DNA of 64,000 nt from an uncultured bacterium (lineage in GTDB: Bacteria; Verrucomicrobiota; Verrucomicrobiia; Limisphaerales; UBA8199), in contig CAVVMW010000030.1 of NCBI GenBank assembly GCA_963749495.1, forward strand, positions 32,001 through 96,000, written 5' to 3'. Numbering within the stretch: position 1 is the stretch's first letter; the number at the start of each line of letters is the position of its first letter. Below the pieces are notes generated by a model. It was not told where the DNA came from and made no database searches. It was given only the letters and a program-made list of their open reading frames with translations. Below are positions 10,264 to 21,432 of this stretch, piece by piece. Position numbers and translations under genes: made by a program.

Positions 10264-11928
10264 TCAAGGCTCTGCCCGCAGCAAATCCCCGAAGGCGGGC
10301 AGGAGCGAATATTTCTTCTGCCACGGAGTGTACATGAACCCGCGCACGTTCGGGACCTGGCGTGCAAGTTGCAGCCAGCCCTTCACCTCGTTCAGATCGT
10401 CCGCGTCGTAGTAGCACGCCACCAATGTCCGAAATCCCGCTTCAGCAAAAAAGCGCAGGCTCTTTTCTCGCGGCTCCCCGCCCCAGACCGCCATCACGAT
10501 GTCTTTGGGCGCGTGCTGCCAGGAGCCGGTAAAGTCCCCGTCCACCAGGTAATAGCCGCCGTGCGCGTTGTGGTGGGGATCAAACATGTCGGACCAGACG
10601 TAGATTTGCGCTTCGGGAATATGGCTCCGAAGGATTTGCGCCTGGCGGGAGACGCACCGGCCAAGGAGTTCACCCATCTTCTGGCCCCGGCAGGCGCGGC
10701 AGGTGCCGCCCATGCGAACCTCGTCCATGTTCAGGAAAACGCGGCGCGGGTGGAGCCGCTCGGCCAGCAGTTTGGCTTCATGGTCGAAGATGTCATAGAG
10801 GGCAGGCTCGGCCATGCAAACCGTGATCTGCGAGTCGTAAACGACCATGGGGTGATACCAACTGACCCGCAGGCGCTCGCCCTCGCGGATGCGGCTGCCG
10901 GGAAGGAGCTTGAGAGGCAAAGATTCACGGTCGTCGCGCCAAGGATTAAGCTGCGGGTCTTGCAGCGCCGCGTAGTCCTTGCCCTCAGCATAAGTGACCG
11001 CTCCGTCCTCGCTGCGCACCGTTACGGGCGTTCCAGGCCGGCGGAGGACGTTGACGGGGCCGACCTCTTCCACGGCCCAGTCATCGAGCCAGACCTTGCC
11101 AGCCTTGCCGCCCCACAAACCGGCGTAAAGCCGGATCTGGCTATAGTTCAGGCTGTTAAAGAGCATCATGATCTTGTGCCAGTCACCGGTGGAAGCCAGG
11201 TGGAACTGACGCGGGGCAATCTCCCGGTCCTCTGCTGTCAGCGCCAGCAGGTTGAAGGCGCTTGCGGGCTGCAAACCCTCCGTCTTCACCCAGATTGTCA
11301 TGCGATAGCAGCGGCGCGGCTGGACCCGTATCGTCTGCATCACGCGCCCGTGTCCGTGCGGGTTGGCGGTGAAATTCTCCAGGCGCAACGACGCCTTGCC
11401 GGCGTGCTTGACTTGCGTATCGACGAAACTGATCTCGCCAGGCTGGTCGTGAAAGTCGAAGCCCCTGAGCTTGTTCCCGTTATAGTCCTCGAACCCGCCA
11501 TTGAGGATTTGAACCGCGCTGGTGCTCACCAGCCGCGCCTCACCGGCTCTTGCGAGAAATGGAGCGTCCTCGACCGGCAAGCCCTCAGCCAAGTTGCGGT
11601 CGTGCGAAAGAACGCCGCCGCCATAGCCAACAGAAAAGACGGCCGGGATCAACTCCAGGCGGTTTTGCTCGCAGACCTGCTTCACTTCGTTCAGGCGGCG
11701 AAAGTAGTCGGCGGGTTGCTTGCAGAGCGTGTCCAGGCCGAACGAAACGACCGCGCCATTGAACCCGTGCTGGCCGGCGGTCTGGAGGACGCGGGAAATC
11801 CCGGCCACATCGCCGTCGTTTCCCAGCCCCCAGCCGAAGACCCAGACGAACCGGTCGGCGTAGGGTTCGGCTGCCCCCAGTCGGGCAGCGAGGCCCCAGA
11901 CACAAACAAGCAGAGTCAGTATTTTCAT
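10264..11928 (-). CDS. Secreted glycoside hydrolase-like protein (GH20-like barrel with inserted CBM4/9-like domain)
   Basis: Signal peptide, NGGFE CBM motif, adjacent acidic pair in MDEVR, VWSDMFDPHHNA, GFMYTPW. Confidence 0.75.
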   Translation of the reverse strand: MKILTLLVCVWGLAARLGAAEPYADRFVWVFGWGLGNDGDVAGISRVLQTAGQHGFNGAVVSFGLDTLCKQPADYFRRLNEVKQVCEQNRLELIPAVFSVGYGGGVLSHDRNLAEGLPVEDAPFLARAGEARLVSTSAVQILNGGFEDYNGNKLRGFDFHDQPGEISFVDTQVKHAGKASLRLENFTANPHGHGRVMQTIRVQPRRCYRMTIWVKTEGLQPASAFNLLALTAEDREIAPRQFHLASTGDWHKIMMLFNSLNYSQIRLYAGLWGGKAGKVWLDDWAVEEVGPVNVLRRPGTPVTVRSEDGAVTYAEGKDYAALQDPQLNPWRDDRESLPLKLLPGSRIREGERLRVSWYHPMVVYDSQITVCMAEPALYDIFDHEAKLLAERLHPRRVFLNMDEVRMGGTCRACRGQKMGELLGRCVSRQAQILRSHIPEAQIYVWSDMFDPHHNAHGGYYLVDGDFTGSWQHAPKDIVMAVWGGEPREKSLRFFAEAGFRTLVACYYDADDLNEVKGWLQLARQVPNVRGFMYTPWQKKYSLLPAFGDLLRAEP

Positions 11929-11974
11929 GATTTCAGTTCCATCGGCACCGGCAGTCAGCCCATTGCCCCGTCGT

Positions 11975-12886
11975 CTATTTCAAGCACCGTTCCAGGAAAT
12001 CTCGAACCGGGGCGATTGCCTCCGGCCCGCCGAACCCGTGTCCGGCCCCTTTCATCGGCACCAAGGTCGCATCTACTCCGGCCTTTTTCAGCGCAGCGTA
12101 AAGCAACTCGCTCTGGTTGAAGGGCACCGTGCGGTCGCGGTCGCCGTGCATGATGAGGAACGGCGGTGCCTCCTTGGAGACGTAGCTGATCGGGCTGGCC
12201 TTGGCTGCCTTGTCTTTGTTTTCCAGGAGTGGCCCGCCGATGAGTTTCGACTCGGGCGAGTCCGGCGCATTGTGCTGGAGCTCGCTCTCGGCGCTGCCGA
12301 TGTGCAGAAAGTCGGTCGGGCCAAACCAGTCCACCACGGCCTGCACCCGGCTCGATTCCTTGAGGTCGTTGACGCTCCCCTCCAAATCGGCCACCCCGCC
12401 GCTGGTGCCCAAGAGCGCGACCAGGTGTCCGCCTGCCGACCCGCCCCAGGCCGCGAATTTGTTCACGTCGAGGTTGTATTTTTGGGCGTTGGCCCGCAGC
12501 CAGCGCACTGCGGCTTTGCAGTCGTGAATCTGTGCCGGGAACTTCGCCTCCTGGCTCAGCCGGTAGCCAACGTGAGCTACGGCGTATCCATCAGCGGTGA
12601 ACCGGAGGGCCGGGCTGGGGCCATCTTTACTGCCGGACATCCAGGCCCCGCCATGAACCCAGATGATGAGTGGCACCGGCTTGCTGCCCTTCTCCGGCAG
12701 ATAGAGATCCAGCAGCATGGCCCTGCCGCTGGCCTTCCCGTATTCCAAATCCTTCAGCACGTTCACTCCAGGCGGCAGAGGAAACCGGCGTGGTGGCTGG
12801 TTGGTGCTGGGCTGGGCAAGGCTGAGCGTGAGGCCCAAGCCGGTCAATAACCCTATGGACAGGAGGACTGCTTTCACGCGGCGCAT
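11975..12886 (-). CDS. Secreted alpha/beta hydrolase (BD-FAE/esterase-like)
   Basis: HGGAW, GGSAGG nucleophile elbow, HGDRD, GAGHG; start at MRRVKAVLL. Confidence 0.92.
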   Translation of the reverse strand: MRRVKAVLLSIGLLTGLGLTLSLAQPSTNQPPRRFPLPPGVNVLKDLEYGKASGRAMLLDLYLPEKGSKPVPLIIWVHGGAWMSGSKDGPSPALRFTADGYAVAHVGYRLSQEAKFPAQIHDCKAAVRWLRANAQKYNLDVNKFAAWGGSAGGHLVALLGTSGGVADLEGSVNDLKESSRVQAVVDWFGPTDFLHIGSAESELQHNAPDSPESKLIGGPLLENKDKAAKASPISYVSKEAPPFLIMHGDRDRTVPFNQSELLYAALKKAGVDATLVPMKGAGHGFGGPEAIAPVRDFLERCLK

Positions 12887-12973
12887 GGTAACAGGCCGTT
12901 GGGGACTGATGCAATCGCCTGTTGGTTGTCCACCATGGCGGCGGCCACGGGTCGTGGTTGGCACTGTGTCGCG

Positions 12974-13056
12974 CAGCGTGGCCGTTGGCCGTGCAGCCGC
13001 CAGGGGCGTCAGGAGCTTGGGCGGTGCCTCTGCCGGTGTGGGTCTTGCGGACGGTT
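12974..13056 (-). repeat. 83-bp inverted copy of 3763-3845 (linker of the CBM48 gene)
   Basis: 78/83 identical by manual alignment. Confidence 0.9.
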
Positions 13057-13230
13057 CGGCCAGACGACGGTGCCCAGCGACCTGAGCGGGGTGACCGCCA
13101 TCGCGGCGGGAGGGCACAGCTTGGCGCTCAAGCAGGTCGGGACGGTCGCGGCGTGGGGAGGCAACTACGATGGCCAGACGAACGTGCCCACGGGCCTGAG
13201 CGGGGTGATCGCCATCGCAGCGGGAGGTCA
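13057..13230 (+). pseudogene. RCC1-repeat fragment (~1.5 repeats)
   Basis: GQTTVPSDLSGVTAIAAGGHSLALKQVGTVAAWGGNYDGQTNVPTGLSGVIAIAAG, homologous to the repeats at 34125-35070. Confidence 0.85.
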
Positions 13231-13349
13231 ACGATTCCGACCGCGACCCAAACCGGATGCTCGGTTTGGGAACTGGCAGCCGCGCAGCCGCTCCAGCGAA
13301 CATGCAGGCTTGACAGCCAGCGGTCTCTAAGTAGGCTCATCAGCATGAG

Positions 13350-15179
13350 CCCGTACGAGCACCAATTGGGGAATGGGGCAGGCTTTTCAAATCCTGATCC
13401 TGCAAAACGGACAATATTTTGCGAGTCATCCTGGCGATACCGCGGGGAGCGGGACCAGTTGGCATACGGTGAGCCTGACGAATCGATCCGCATCGGACTT
13501 TTGTTTAATAACAAGCCCCGGCCAGTACAACTGTGCCCTGCACCCGGATTTCAATGCCGACGGGACCTCGATGAGTTTCGGCTTCATGATAGGGACTCAT
13601 ATCAGCGGCAACTACACACAGCTTTACGACAATTGGCAATTGACGGTTGCGCGAGGATTCCGCGTCCCCAAGATCATCCAAGTAACGGCCCGTGCTGGCG
13701 GTGGCCCCTGCTCTAGCTGCTGCGGCATTGATCATCGCCAGCCTGTTCTGAGTCCCGATGGCGGCCGGTTCGTGTTCTCCTCAATTTGGAATGTGGACGA
13801 TTACGCCGGGAATCTGAATCCTGAGAGGAACCGGGAGCTTTTTTCATACAACATCGCCTCCAACAAGTTTCAACAACTGACCATCACGACGAACGGGATG
13901 TCGCTTCCCTACAGCTTGCAGGGTGGCAAGATCGGCTTCGTTTCGTGCAGCCCACAGTTTGGGCTGAACACCGACACAAATGCGGACGTTTTCGGGTATG
14001 ATTTTCCCACGCAGACTGTGACGCAATGGGTCAACACGGTGGGGCCTGCCCGTGTTCAACTGGGCACGAACTGCCCCTACGCCTGGTTTGTGGCCTCCGA
14101 CTGGACGACGCTGGCCAATCTGCACGTGGATCTGGCCGCGGATCAACGGCACATTGTCTGGGCCTCCACTCGAAACATTCCGTCCGCAGGCGCCCCACGT
14201 GGCAACAACGCCGATGGCAACTACGAGGTTTACTGGAAGGACGTGGTTTCAGGGGAAGTTCGTCAACTGACGAGCACCGGAGGGGGAGACAATGTGTCAG
14301 CCGCCGCCGGCGCGAACTTATGGCCGCGAACGAGCGCGGATGGATCGCGGATTGTATTTGTGTCCAACCGGGATTTGGGCGGTACTCCCGTCAGTTCCAA
14401 TCGTTATGGGCTCTTTCTGTCCGATACCAACGGGAACATCCAACGCTTGACGGAGGCAGAAATCGAGGTGGCAAGGGAGTTCCCTGCTTTCGGCATGGAT
14501 GCAGCCGGGACTCGTATTGTGTTCGCTTCGGACGCTGATTTGCTCGGCCTGAACACGAACCACACTCGACAGGTTTTCGCCTTTGACCTGAATCGGAGCA
14601 ACCTCACACAGATCACGCGGACTGGGCTAGGTGTCACCAACAGTCGCCCGATTCTCAGCGGCGATGGTCTGAAGCTGGCCTTCGTGTCGAACGGCAGCTT
14701 CAGCGGTAGCTATAGCAATGGCGTTGAGCAGTTGTGGGTTCATCATTTTGACGCTGACTTGGCCTATCCCACCGCGTTTATTGAGGTGACGAGCCTCTTG
14801 AGCAGTCCGTCGGCAACCGAAGGTCGGATTTCGTGGGCGGACTGGTATTCGCTGGATTACGCCGGCTCCAATCTCGTGTTCACCTGCAACGCGGATCTTG
14901 TCGGGAGCAACAGTGTTCATGCGTACCAGAGTTTTTCTAGCGAGTTTTGACTGGCAACCATTCAGGTGCAGCATTGCCCTGGCGGGGACGAACCTGTGTC
15001 GGCTCAACTGGCCTGCGACTGGCTACGGCTCATACACAGTGGAAAGCTGCACCTCGCTGGTGAATCAAGTGTGGCTTCCCGTTGCGCCTACGAACCAATG
15101 GCCAACCATCGCAACAAGCTGGACCAATAACATCAACCCCAACGAACCAACCCGATTCTTCAGGCTAAGAGCGAACTGA
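13350..15179 (+). pseudogene. TolB-like beta-propeller secreted protein, 5' truncated, frameshift at ~14930
   Basis: Repeats such as PVLSPDGGRFVFSS and PRTSADGSRIVFVSN; removing one base at ~14930 restores HAYQVFLASFDW…PTRFFRLRAN. Confidence 0.75.
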
Positions 15180-15419
15180 AACAGGGGCGGCATCCAGAAC
15201 GCGGCGGACGCAACCGAATTCGTGCTGGCGTGCGCGTACGCCAATGGTGCCCGGTTCGGCCTCTTCCTGACAAGCCGCCCGACATCCAATCCGCCCATGG
15301 TCGAGGTCCCCAGCGCCACAATGCAGTGCCGAGGGGCCAAGTCCTCGACAACGCTCGGCGTAGCGCATTCGAGCAGCTCGTGTTCTTCCGAGACCCAGGT
15401 GCCTGGACAGCTCGCGGTT

Positions 15420-15661
15420 CTTGCCTTCGCAGCAGCCCTGATGTTTGCACGACCCTCCGCACTGACCTTCTTTCTCCGCTTCCTCCTCCCGTTCTTCGGC
15501 TTCGCAGGAGCTTCAGGGGCAACGGGTGATTCAGTGGCGAGAGGAGCAGCTATCTCTCCGCCCCCAAGCACCGCGTTTAGTTGTTCTTGCAGCGCGTCAA
15601 TTCTCTCTTTGAGGTCGGCTGCTGCACGTAGTTGTTTCGGAGACAAGGCGGTGATGTGCAC
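15420..15661 (-). pseudogene. Small basic hypothetical (DNA-binding-like) protein, 3' truncated
   Basis: LSPKQLRAAADLKERIDALQEQL…RRKKVSAEGRANIRAAAKAR. Confidence 0.6.
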
Positions 15662-15676
15662 ACGGGAGCCTTCGAG

Positions 15677-15826
15677 TTAGTTGGTGCCCAGGATTGCGTC
15701 CTTGGCTGCCTTGGCGACGCGGAACTTGACCACGCGCTTGGCCGGGATCTTGATGGCCTCGCCCGTGGCGGGGTTCCGGCTCATGCGGGCTTTGCGGTTC
15801 ACCAGCACCAGCTTGCCCAGGCCGGG
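15677..15826 (-). pseudogene. HU family DNA-binding protein, C-terminal half
   Basis: PGLGKLVLVNRKARMSRNPATGEAIKIPAKRVVKFRVAKAAKDAI. Confidence 0.88.
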
Positions 15827-15915
15827 TGTGCGCCGGACGTGCCGGGCAGCTTTCTTCGCTTCCAAATACTTTTGTCCAATAAAGGCCGATGAAATAGTGT
15901 TATCGACCTTCGCTG

Positions 15916-16850
15916 ACATCCTGCTGCACTTCGACGCGGTGGATTACAACGCCCGCGTCTGGTTGAATGGCCGGTTCCTGGGTGAGCATCGCGGCGGCTA
16001 CACCCCTTTTGCCTTTGAAGTCACAGACGGCATACGCAACGGCGACAACGAACTGGTGGTCCATGCCAAGCCCTTCCTCTACGACCTGACCATGGAGACG
16101 TTGCGCAAAGGCAAGGTCCTGGACAGCGTCCACAGCTACTGTGGCCTCCGCAAAATCACCATCGAGGGAAATCGCTTTCTCATCAACGACCGGCCCATAT
16201 TCCAGCGGCTCATCCTTGACCAGGGCTTCTGCCCCGATGGCATCTACACCGCGCCCAGCGACGAGGCGCTCCGCCGCGACATCGAGCTTTCACTGGCAGC
16301 GGGGTTCAACGGGGCGCGGTTTCACCAGAAGGTCTTCGACCCGCGCACCCTCTACTGGGCCGACAAGCTGGGCTATCTGGTGTGGGGCGAGTTTCCCAGT
16401 TGGGGAGTCAATATCGAGAATGAAGAAGCCGTGCGCCGTTTTGTGGACGAGTGGCACCAGGTCGTTCGCCGCGACCGCAATCATCCGTCCATCATTGGTT
16501 GGTGCCCGCTCAACGAAACCGCCACCAACGAGTACGTTGCTCGCCTCGAAGACCCGCTGGCGACCACGCGCACAATGGACCCGACGCGCCCGTTCCTCGA
16601 TTCGAGCGGGTACACGCACTTCCTGCCTGGAACGGATGTTTTTGATGCCCACGACTACGAGCAGAATCCGCAAGCCTTCGCAGCCCGCTACGCCGCGTTC
16701 GGGGCAACCGGCTGCGACCCGTGGCACAATAACCCTGGCGACCCGCGCAGCCGTTATCGTGGCCAGCCGTTCTTCGTCAGCGAATTTGGGGGCATCCACG
16801 TCAAGACCGCCCGCGACACAGGCACCGGCTGCTCCAAGGCGCGTTTCCGT
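15916..16850 (+). pseudogene. Glycoside hydrolase family 2, internally deleted and truncated at both ends
   Basis: LLHFDAVDY…HRGGYTPF joined directly to PFLYDL…; WADKLGYLVWGE, RDRNHPSIIGWCPLNE, VSEFGG. Confidence 0.85.
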
Positions 16851-17294
16851 GTGTCCGCGTAGGTCGTAGCGTCGCAAATGCGTGCTCAACGCCCCTCGTG
16901 CGCAACCACCACTCGTGTCTGGTGCATGACCAGAAAGGTGAGCCATTGATTCTTTACAGAAGGCCCGGCACGGTCGCCAAGGAGGTGGGGATGGGGAATC
17001 CCGCTGAAGGAAACGACCGCCACCGGGCATGGCGAGTGTGCCAAAGCCGGTCCCTGCGGTCAAGCAGCTTGCTCGTCGTGCTGCCTCACCCACCGCACGG
17101 ACATCGTCACCTTCTTCGACTACTACGAGGTCGATGAGGGCCGCAAGCCATGAGCCTCGACCGGCAGGAACCAGCGGAGCAAACTGCCGCAAAGCAGGGA
17201 GCGCGCGATATTGACCAACTGGAAGCGAAGTGACGATTTTTCCGGGTTGACACCTTTTCCAGTTTCCGCTAGAAATGGCTCCGTTGTCCCAAAC

Positions 17295-17378
17295 ATGAGC
17301 ACAAAGCTTTTAATCATTGGCGTGGCGGTTCTGCTGCTGGCGATAGTGTTGTCGTGGGTGAAAAAGTCAAAATCGTGA
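17295..17378 (+). CDS. Putative 27-aa single-TM small protein
   Basis: MSTKLLIIGVAVLLLAIVLSWVKKSKS; TTGACA-N17-TAGAAA upstream (17247-17275). Confidence 0.45.
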   Translation: MSTKLLIIGVAVLLLAIVLSWVKKSKS

Positions 17379-17647
17379 TGGTCCGCCTCCCGAGACAATG
17401 CGGGGAGCCGCTTTCCTGGGTGGACCGTTGTTCGCGGTGATGACTGAGTAGGCTGCGGCTCTCCAACCCGGCGTTCACCGGTCGCGCTGGGCCTCAGCGT
17501 CGCCAGAGGCATCTGCCAAGGCGGCGGCTGCCGTCGAGAACCTGATGACGAGGCTGTCCGCCAGCGCCGTTTGATGGGCAATGACGGCAGCGGCGGGCAG
17601 CTCAGCTAGACGCTGCGCTGGCCGAAATCAACTGCCGCGCCCGTGCC

Positions 17648-18347
17648 TCACGGCCAGCGCAGTCGGTAAAACCGAGCCGGATAATTCGTCCACTGCGGGT
17701 CGCTGAAATAAAACGAACCGCTGGTGAGGGTGTTCGTGGCCAGCGGATACCAGGTGGGATTAGCGAGACTGGTGCTGGCCTCAACCACGACAACGATATT
17801 GGATGTCCCAGCGATGGTGAACCCAAATCGATTCGTCCGAAGGCCAAAGCTGGCATCGCTGGTCTGCACCTGCGGGTTCCACAGCTTCGTCGGACAACCG
17901 GCAAACGTCGTGCCCCAGCCGCTGGTCCCAGGTAAGTAATAGACCGTCGCGTTTGTGTCAGAAAGGAAAGCAGAACCACCAACGCTGGGGGCGTTACCCT
18001 CGAAATAGACGCTGGTCAGGCTGGTGCAGGATTGGAACGTCTCGTATCCGATGCAGGTGACGCTCTTGGGGATCGTGACGCTGGTTAGGCTGGTGCAGTA
18101 CCTGGAACGCCTCGCTGCCGATGCTGGTGACCGGCAGGCCGTTGATCGCACTGGGGATGGTCACCGCACCGCCAGGGCCGCTGTATCCCGTGATGGTGAT
18201 CGTGCCATTATTGGCCGTGTAGGTGAATTGAGCTTGCACCACGACAGGCAGTGCCAACAGCAACAGCAGCGGCAGCCAGGCGGTTCGTAACGGTGTGGTC
18301 ACGCCCTTCGGGCAGGCTGTTCCCGCAGCGGAGGTTTCTGTTTTCAT
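17648..18347 (-). pseudogene. BspA-type leucine-rich repeat surface protein, repeats collapsed and frameshifted
   Basis: Signal peptide, TITITGYSGPGGAVTIPSAINGLPVTSIG, then a frame change at ~18105 into CTSLTSVTIP…PARFYRLRWP. Confidence 0.85.
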
Positions 18348-18747
18348 GGTTTTCCACCTGCTGAATTGATGGCTGAAAGATAGCGGGAAGACTGGGGGAG
18401 GCGCAAGCGCCCAGCGCGCGCTTCAGGAGAGCCTGCCAGGCGCTTTTCGTGCGCGGCAGGGATAACGGCGACCGGCCAGAGCCTCGGGGCCGTCCTGGAG
18501 CCGTCCAGCCGTGGGGATTGGGCGGCGGGCCAGCGCAGGGTGCAACCTGGGGCACGAGCTGTCGGAGCATCTGGTCGTCCGGCTGGCTGACGCAGGTTGC
18601 CGCCCAGGCTGTCGGCCTGCTCCACCTGCACCATCCGATGGGCGACGATGGCGAGGCCAGGCCCGAAGGCCAGTCGAAAACAGCCCAGGATTATGCTTGT
18701 TCACCTGCGCCGCCGGAGATATAAGGGGACATCAGCCATTGCCACGA

Positions 18748-18945
18748 GCCGCTGACTCGCTCCTGTTTCCGCCAACGACCCGCGTGCGGTGAACGCCTAA
18801 TAAACTCGCGAATTGGAATGACCCACCAGCTTCCATTCTGGCGTGGGCAGGGTGAAGGGTTGGGAACGTTCACCCGGCTGACTTCTCGCATCTGCTTCCG
18901 GCGGTTTCCTGGCCCAGAACTCCCACATCTCGACGAAAGGTCAAC
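18748..18945 (+). promoter_or_regulatory. Conserved non-coding leader, copy 1
   Basis: Colinear similarity to 21686-21895; lies directly upstream of a signal-peptide gene. Confidence 0.6.
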
Positions 18946-19935
18946 ATGAACCATCCACTCCACCTGACATCTATCACCCTGCTGCTGGCAGCCTCCAACC
19001 TCCCCGCTGCCACGCATTACGTATCCCTGGGGAGCGCGAACCCGACGCCGCTCTACACTAATTGGGTGACGGCAGCCACGAACATCCAGCAGACGTTGAA
19101 CGCGGCGGCGGCAGCCGATGTGGTCGTGGTGACCAACGGAGTTTACGCGGGGCGCGTAAATGTTACCAACGCCCTGACACTACTGAGCGCCAACGGCCCG
19201 CAGTTCACGGTAATCGATGGCGGCGGGGCGATTGGCTGCGCGTACCTGCGCAACAGAGCCATCCTGTCGGGATTCACCTTGACTAACGGGGTGGATTTTT
19301 ACAACACGGCTTCTTCAAGTGGAGCGAATTACGACGGCAATACCGCGAACTACTGCTGCACGATGCCCTTGCCCACCAGCGGTGTCGCTAACATCACGAA
19401 CGCACCGCTGTTCGTGGATTACGCCGGAGGCAACCTGCGCCTGCAGTCCAACTCCCCGTGCATCAATTCCGGGAACAACGCCTACGTGTCTGGCACCACC
19501 GACCTTGACGGCAACCCGCGCATTGTGAGCGGCACGGTGGACATCGGCGCTTACGAATACCAAGGCACCGGCTCCGTGATTTCCTACGCTTGGCTCCAGC
19601 AATACGGCTTGCCCACCGATGGCACGGCGGATTTTGCCGACCCGGACCACGACGGCCTGAACAACTGGCAGGAGTGGATTTGCGGCACCTGCCCCACCAA
19701 CGCCCTCTCGGTCTTGCGCCTTCTCTCGCCCTCCATCACCAGCACCAACGCGACGGTGAGTTGGCAGAGCGTGGCCGGGGTGAACTACTTTCTGGAGCGG
19801 AGCGCGAATCTAACCTCGCCCTTTATGCTCCTGGCCACGAACATTGTCGGCCAGGCGGGCACCACCAGCTACGGCGACACCAACGGTGCCGGCCCCGGGC
19901 CGTTCTTCTACCGCGTGGGCGTGAAACCCTTTTGA
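18946..19935 (+). CDS. Secreted choice-of-anchor Q / beta-helix-type protein, probably internally deleted
   Basis: AATNIQQ…[12 protein letters not shown]…; NLRLQSNSPCINSGNN…DLDGNPRIV…VDIGAYE; DPDHDGLNNWQE; FFYRVGV. The central part is unusually short. Confidence 0.75.
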   Translation: MNHPLHLTSITLLLAASNLPAATHYVSLGSANPTPLYTNWVTAATNIQQTLNAAAAADVVVVTNGVYAGRVNVTNALTLLSANGPQFTVIDGGGAIGCAYLRNRAILSGFTLTNGVDFYNTASSSGANYDGNTANYCCTMPLPTSGVANITNAPLFVDYAGGNLRLQSNSPCINSGNNAYVSGTTDLDGNPRIVSGTVDIGAYEYQGTGSVISYAWLQQYGLPTDGTADFADPDHDGLNNWQEWICGTCPTNALSVLRLLSPSITSTNATVSWQSVAGVNYFLERSANLTSPFMLLATNIVGQAGTTSYGDTNGAGPGPFFYRVGVKPF

Positions 19936-19979
19936 GACACAGCCGACCCAGGATTCGGCGCCGGAGAGAAAAGGCAAAT

Positions 19980-20054
19980 ATGAACAAACCAATCCATTTG
20001 AGAGTCACCATCCTGCTGCTGGCAGCCTCCAACCTCTCCGCTGCCACGCGCTAC
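19980..20054 (+). pseudogene. Orphan signal-peptide stub paralogous to the 18946 gene
   Basis: MNKPIHLRVTILLLAASNLSAATRY vs MNHPLHLTSITLLLAASNLPAATHY. Confidence 0.7.
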
Positions 20055-20135
20055 TGCGCCCCCTTGCCCGCGCGACGCGCTGCCGCGCTCAACTCTGCAC
20101 CTTCACTCCGCAACTCAACCTGAACGACTGACTCC

Positions 20136-21062
20136 ATGAAAACGAACCTTCATTCTCCATTCTCCGTTCTGGCCACCTTGCTGGCCGCGCTGGTTGCACT
20201 TTCGACCCTCCACTTTCAACCCGCCTGCGCCCAAACAGCCGACGGTTTTAATCCGGGGGCGAGCTATACGGTGTCTTCGCTGGCGGTGCAGGCGGACGGG
20301 AAGATTCTGGTGGGCGGCAGTTTCACCACGCTGGGCGGCCAGACCTGCAACTACATCGGGCGGCTGAATGCGGACGGGACACTGGACACCGGGTTCAATC
20401 CGGGGGCGAACTCTCCGGTGGTTTCGCTGGCGGTGCAGGCGGACGGGAAGATTCTGGTGGGCGGCAGTTTCACCACGCTGGGCGGCCAGACGCGCAACAA
20501 CATCGGGCGGTTGAACAACACCGAGCCGGCGACCCAGAGCCTGAGCTTCGAAGGCTCGACCATCACCTGGCTGCGCGGCGGCGCCAGCCCGGAAGTCTGG
20601 CGCACGACCTTCGACTACTCGACCAATGGCACGGATTGGGCCAGCCTCGGAGCGGGCACACGCACTGCCGGCCTGCCTGCCGGTCAGGCAGGAGGCTGGC
20701 AGTTGACCAGCGTTTCGCTGCCTTCCGCCAGCGGCACCATTCGCGCGCGCGGCTATGTCACCGGCGGCGAATATAATGGTTCGAGCTGGTTTGTGGAAAG
20801 CGACGTTCAGCTTACGGGTGTGGCGAGCCCTCCGCCGGTGATCCTGGTGAATGACCCCAGCTTTGGCTTCAGTTCCAATCGCTTCGGGTTCAAGTTCAGC
20901 GGGACCGCCGGGCAGGTGGTGATTGTGGAAACCTCGACCGACCTCGCAAGCTGGACCCCCGTGGCCACCAACACCCTCGCCGCCACGCCGTCCTATTTCA
21001 GCGACCCCTATTCCGGCAACTTCCCGCAGAGATTCTATCGCTTGCGGACCACGGCCCCGTAA
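20136..21062 (+). CDS. Secreted delta-60 repeat protein
   Basis: Two SLAVQADGKILVGGSFTTLGGQ…IGRLN repeats; C-terminal PQRFYRLR. Confidence 0.85.
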   Translation: MKTNLHSPFSVLATLLAALVALSTLHFQPACAQTADGFNPGASYTVSSLAVQADGKILVGGSFTTLGGQTCNYIGRLNADGTLDTGFNPGANSPVVSLAVQADGKILVGGSFTTLGGQTRNNIGRLNNTEPATQSLSFEGSTITWLRGGASPEVWRTTFDYSTNGTDWASLGAGTRTAGLPAGQAGGWQLTSVSLPSASGTIRARGYVTGGEYNGSSWFVESDVQLTGVASPPPVILVNDPSFGFSSNRFGFKFSGTAGQVVIVETSTDLASWTPVATNTLAATPSYFSDPYSGNFPQRFYRLRTTAP

Positions 21063-21105
21063 ACCGCCGTGCATTACATGAACACTCCACTTGGTCTGAC
21101 ACTTA

Positions 21106-21266
21106 GGAGGCCATTCAAAATAACATGAACACTTTCGCTTGGTCTTTTGACCGCTGGCTTCGTTGCTCGCTCGTTACAGACCGCTCCGGGTATGCTCCTC
21201 GCTCCCGCCTCGCCAGCGGTCAAAATCCCTGCGCGCCAGTTGTCCATGTTATTTTGAATAGCCTCC
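21106..21266. mobile_element. MITE, 161 bp, with terminal inverted repeats and TTA target duplication
   Basis: GGAGGCCATTCAAAATAACATG … CATGTTATTTTGAATAGCCTCC with TTA on both sides; internal TTTTGACCGCTGGC/GCCAGCGGTCAAAA stem. Confidence 0.85.
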
Positions 21267-21432
21267 TTAGCACCTTATTCACCCGCGCAGCGTCAAGGGA
21301 ATCGGCGGGCCGCAAAAAGCAATTTCCTGTCAGTAAGGAATATGATTTCCGGCCTGAAGGCGTGAAGCTCATTGGGAGGAGGGGGCAAGCGAACTTGGGA
21401 CCGTTGAGGGCCGGAAAAGCAGTTTGACAACG

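Noticed and set aside
10243..12120. 625-aa plus-strand ORF, and similar long shadows at 22242-23867(-), 38661-39794(+) and 57906-59450(+)
   Set aside because: Antisense or alternate-frame shadows of clear genes in GC-rich DNA; no motifs
15681..15915. N-terminal extension of the GH2 ORF
   Set aside because: Mostly the antisense of the HU fragment plus junction sequence
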